64,000 nt of DNA. Origin: Schmidtea nova. Taxonomy: Eukaryota. The notes under the pieces were generated by a model that was not told the origin of the DNA, did not search any database, and worked only from the letters and a program-made list of their open reading frames with translations. A program made the translations under genes and the position numbers. Positions 63,788 through 64,000 of the stretch are shown here, piece by piece. The stretch is from positions 182,094,001 to 182,158,000 of the forward strand of contig CM097883.1 of NCBI GenBank assembly GCA_044892505.1, written 5' to 3'. The first letter of the stretch is position 1; the number at the start of each line of letters is the position of its first letter.

Positions 63788-63991
63788 AACTGATATATTA
63801 CATTCACTTTATGTATGATCCACTTACATTTAACAATAATATGACTTTGTGCTTACGTATAAAATCTATCACCTTACGTGATTCTTTATGTATATGTAAA
63901 TTGACATTTATCTGCTTAATTTTTATGTATGATGATATAGGTGTAAATGTATAATTAATTGCGGGACGCAATTTTAGGGGTCCCCGAGTGA

Positions 63992-64000
63992 TGTTGGGCC
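63992..64000 (+). repeat. Start of the 3' LTR (truncated by the window)
   Basis: TGTTGGGCC is identical to 38889-38897 and comes after the last internal ORF. Only 9 bp are visible. Confidence 0.7.

Larger units (their letters stand above)
38889..64000 (+). mobile_element. Giant envelope-bearing Ty3/Gypsy retrovirus-like element (5' LTR, internal region and first 9 bp of 3' LTR; predicted ~28.3 kb)
   Basis: TGTTGGGCC occurs at 38889 and again at 63992. A PBS follows 42131. Gag and PR-RT-RH-IN are in Ty3/Gypsy order, with a glycoprotein and many accessory domains. Confidence 0.92.

Overview
AT-rich eukaryotic (invertebrate) genomic DNA. The 51-58 bp introns, (TAT)n microsatellites and TE content are compatible with a planarian-like host, but that is inference. 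There are two N gaps (3056-3322, 7215-7352). 1-26.6 kb is mostly TE debris: the right end of a Polinton/Maverick with an uninterrupted pPolB, hAT, mariner and Tigger elements, a small Ty3/Gypsy element nested in the Tigger, housekeeping pseudogene fragments including an HSP70/beta-tubulin chimera, and two 5' exons of a carnitine acyltransferase. Two intact host genes (TAF8 and an AP-1-type bZIP) sit among three related ~3-kb LTRs. The main feature is a giant Ty3/Gypsy retrovirus-like element. Its 5' LTR spans 38889-42131, a tRNA-Pro-like PBS follows, and the 3' LTR starts at 63992, giving a predicted length of ~28.3 kb. One ~5,100-codon reading frame, broken by a single TGA, encodes Gag, three ubiquitin-like domains, an AT-hook, a Bcl-2-like domain, a chuvirus-like class III glycoprotein placed before PR-RT-RH-IN, ankyrin repeats and a second FN3-like membrane protein. 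Separate accessory ORFs include an IAP-type RING and a full TRAF. Each LTR itself carries two conserved ORFs. All ten accessory ATGs examined lie just after an AG acceptor-like site. The 27.0-30.1 kb and 33.1-36.1 kb units are solo LTRs of related families with perfect 4-bp TSDs. All protein assignments come from motif recognition by eye; no searches were run.
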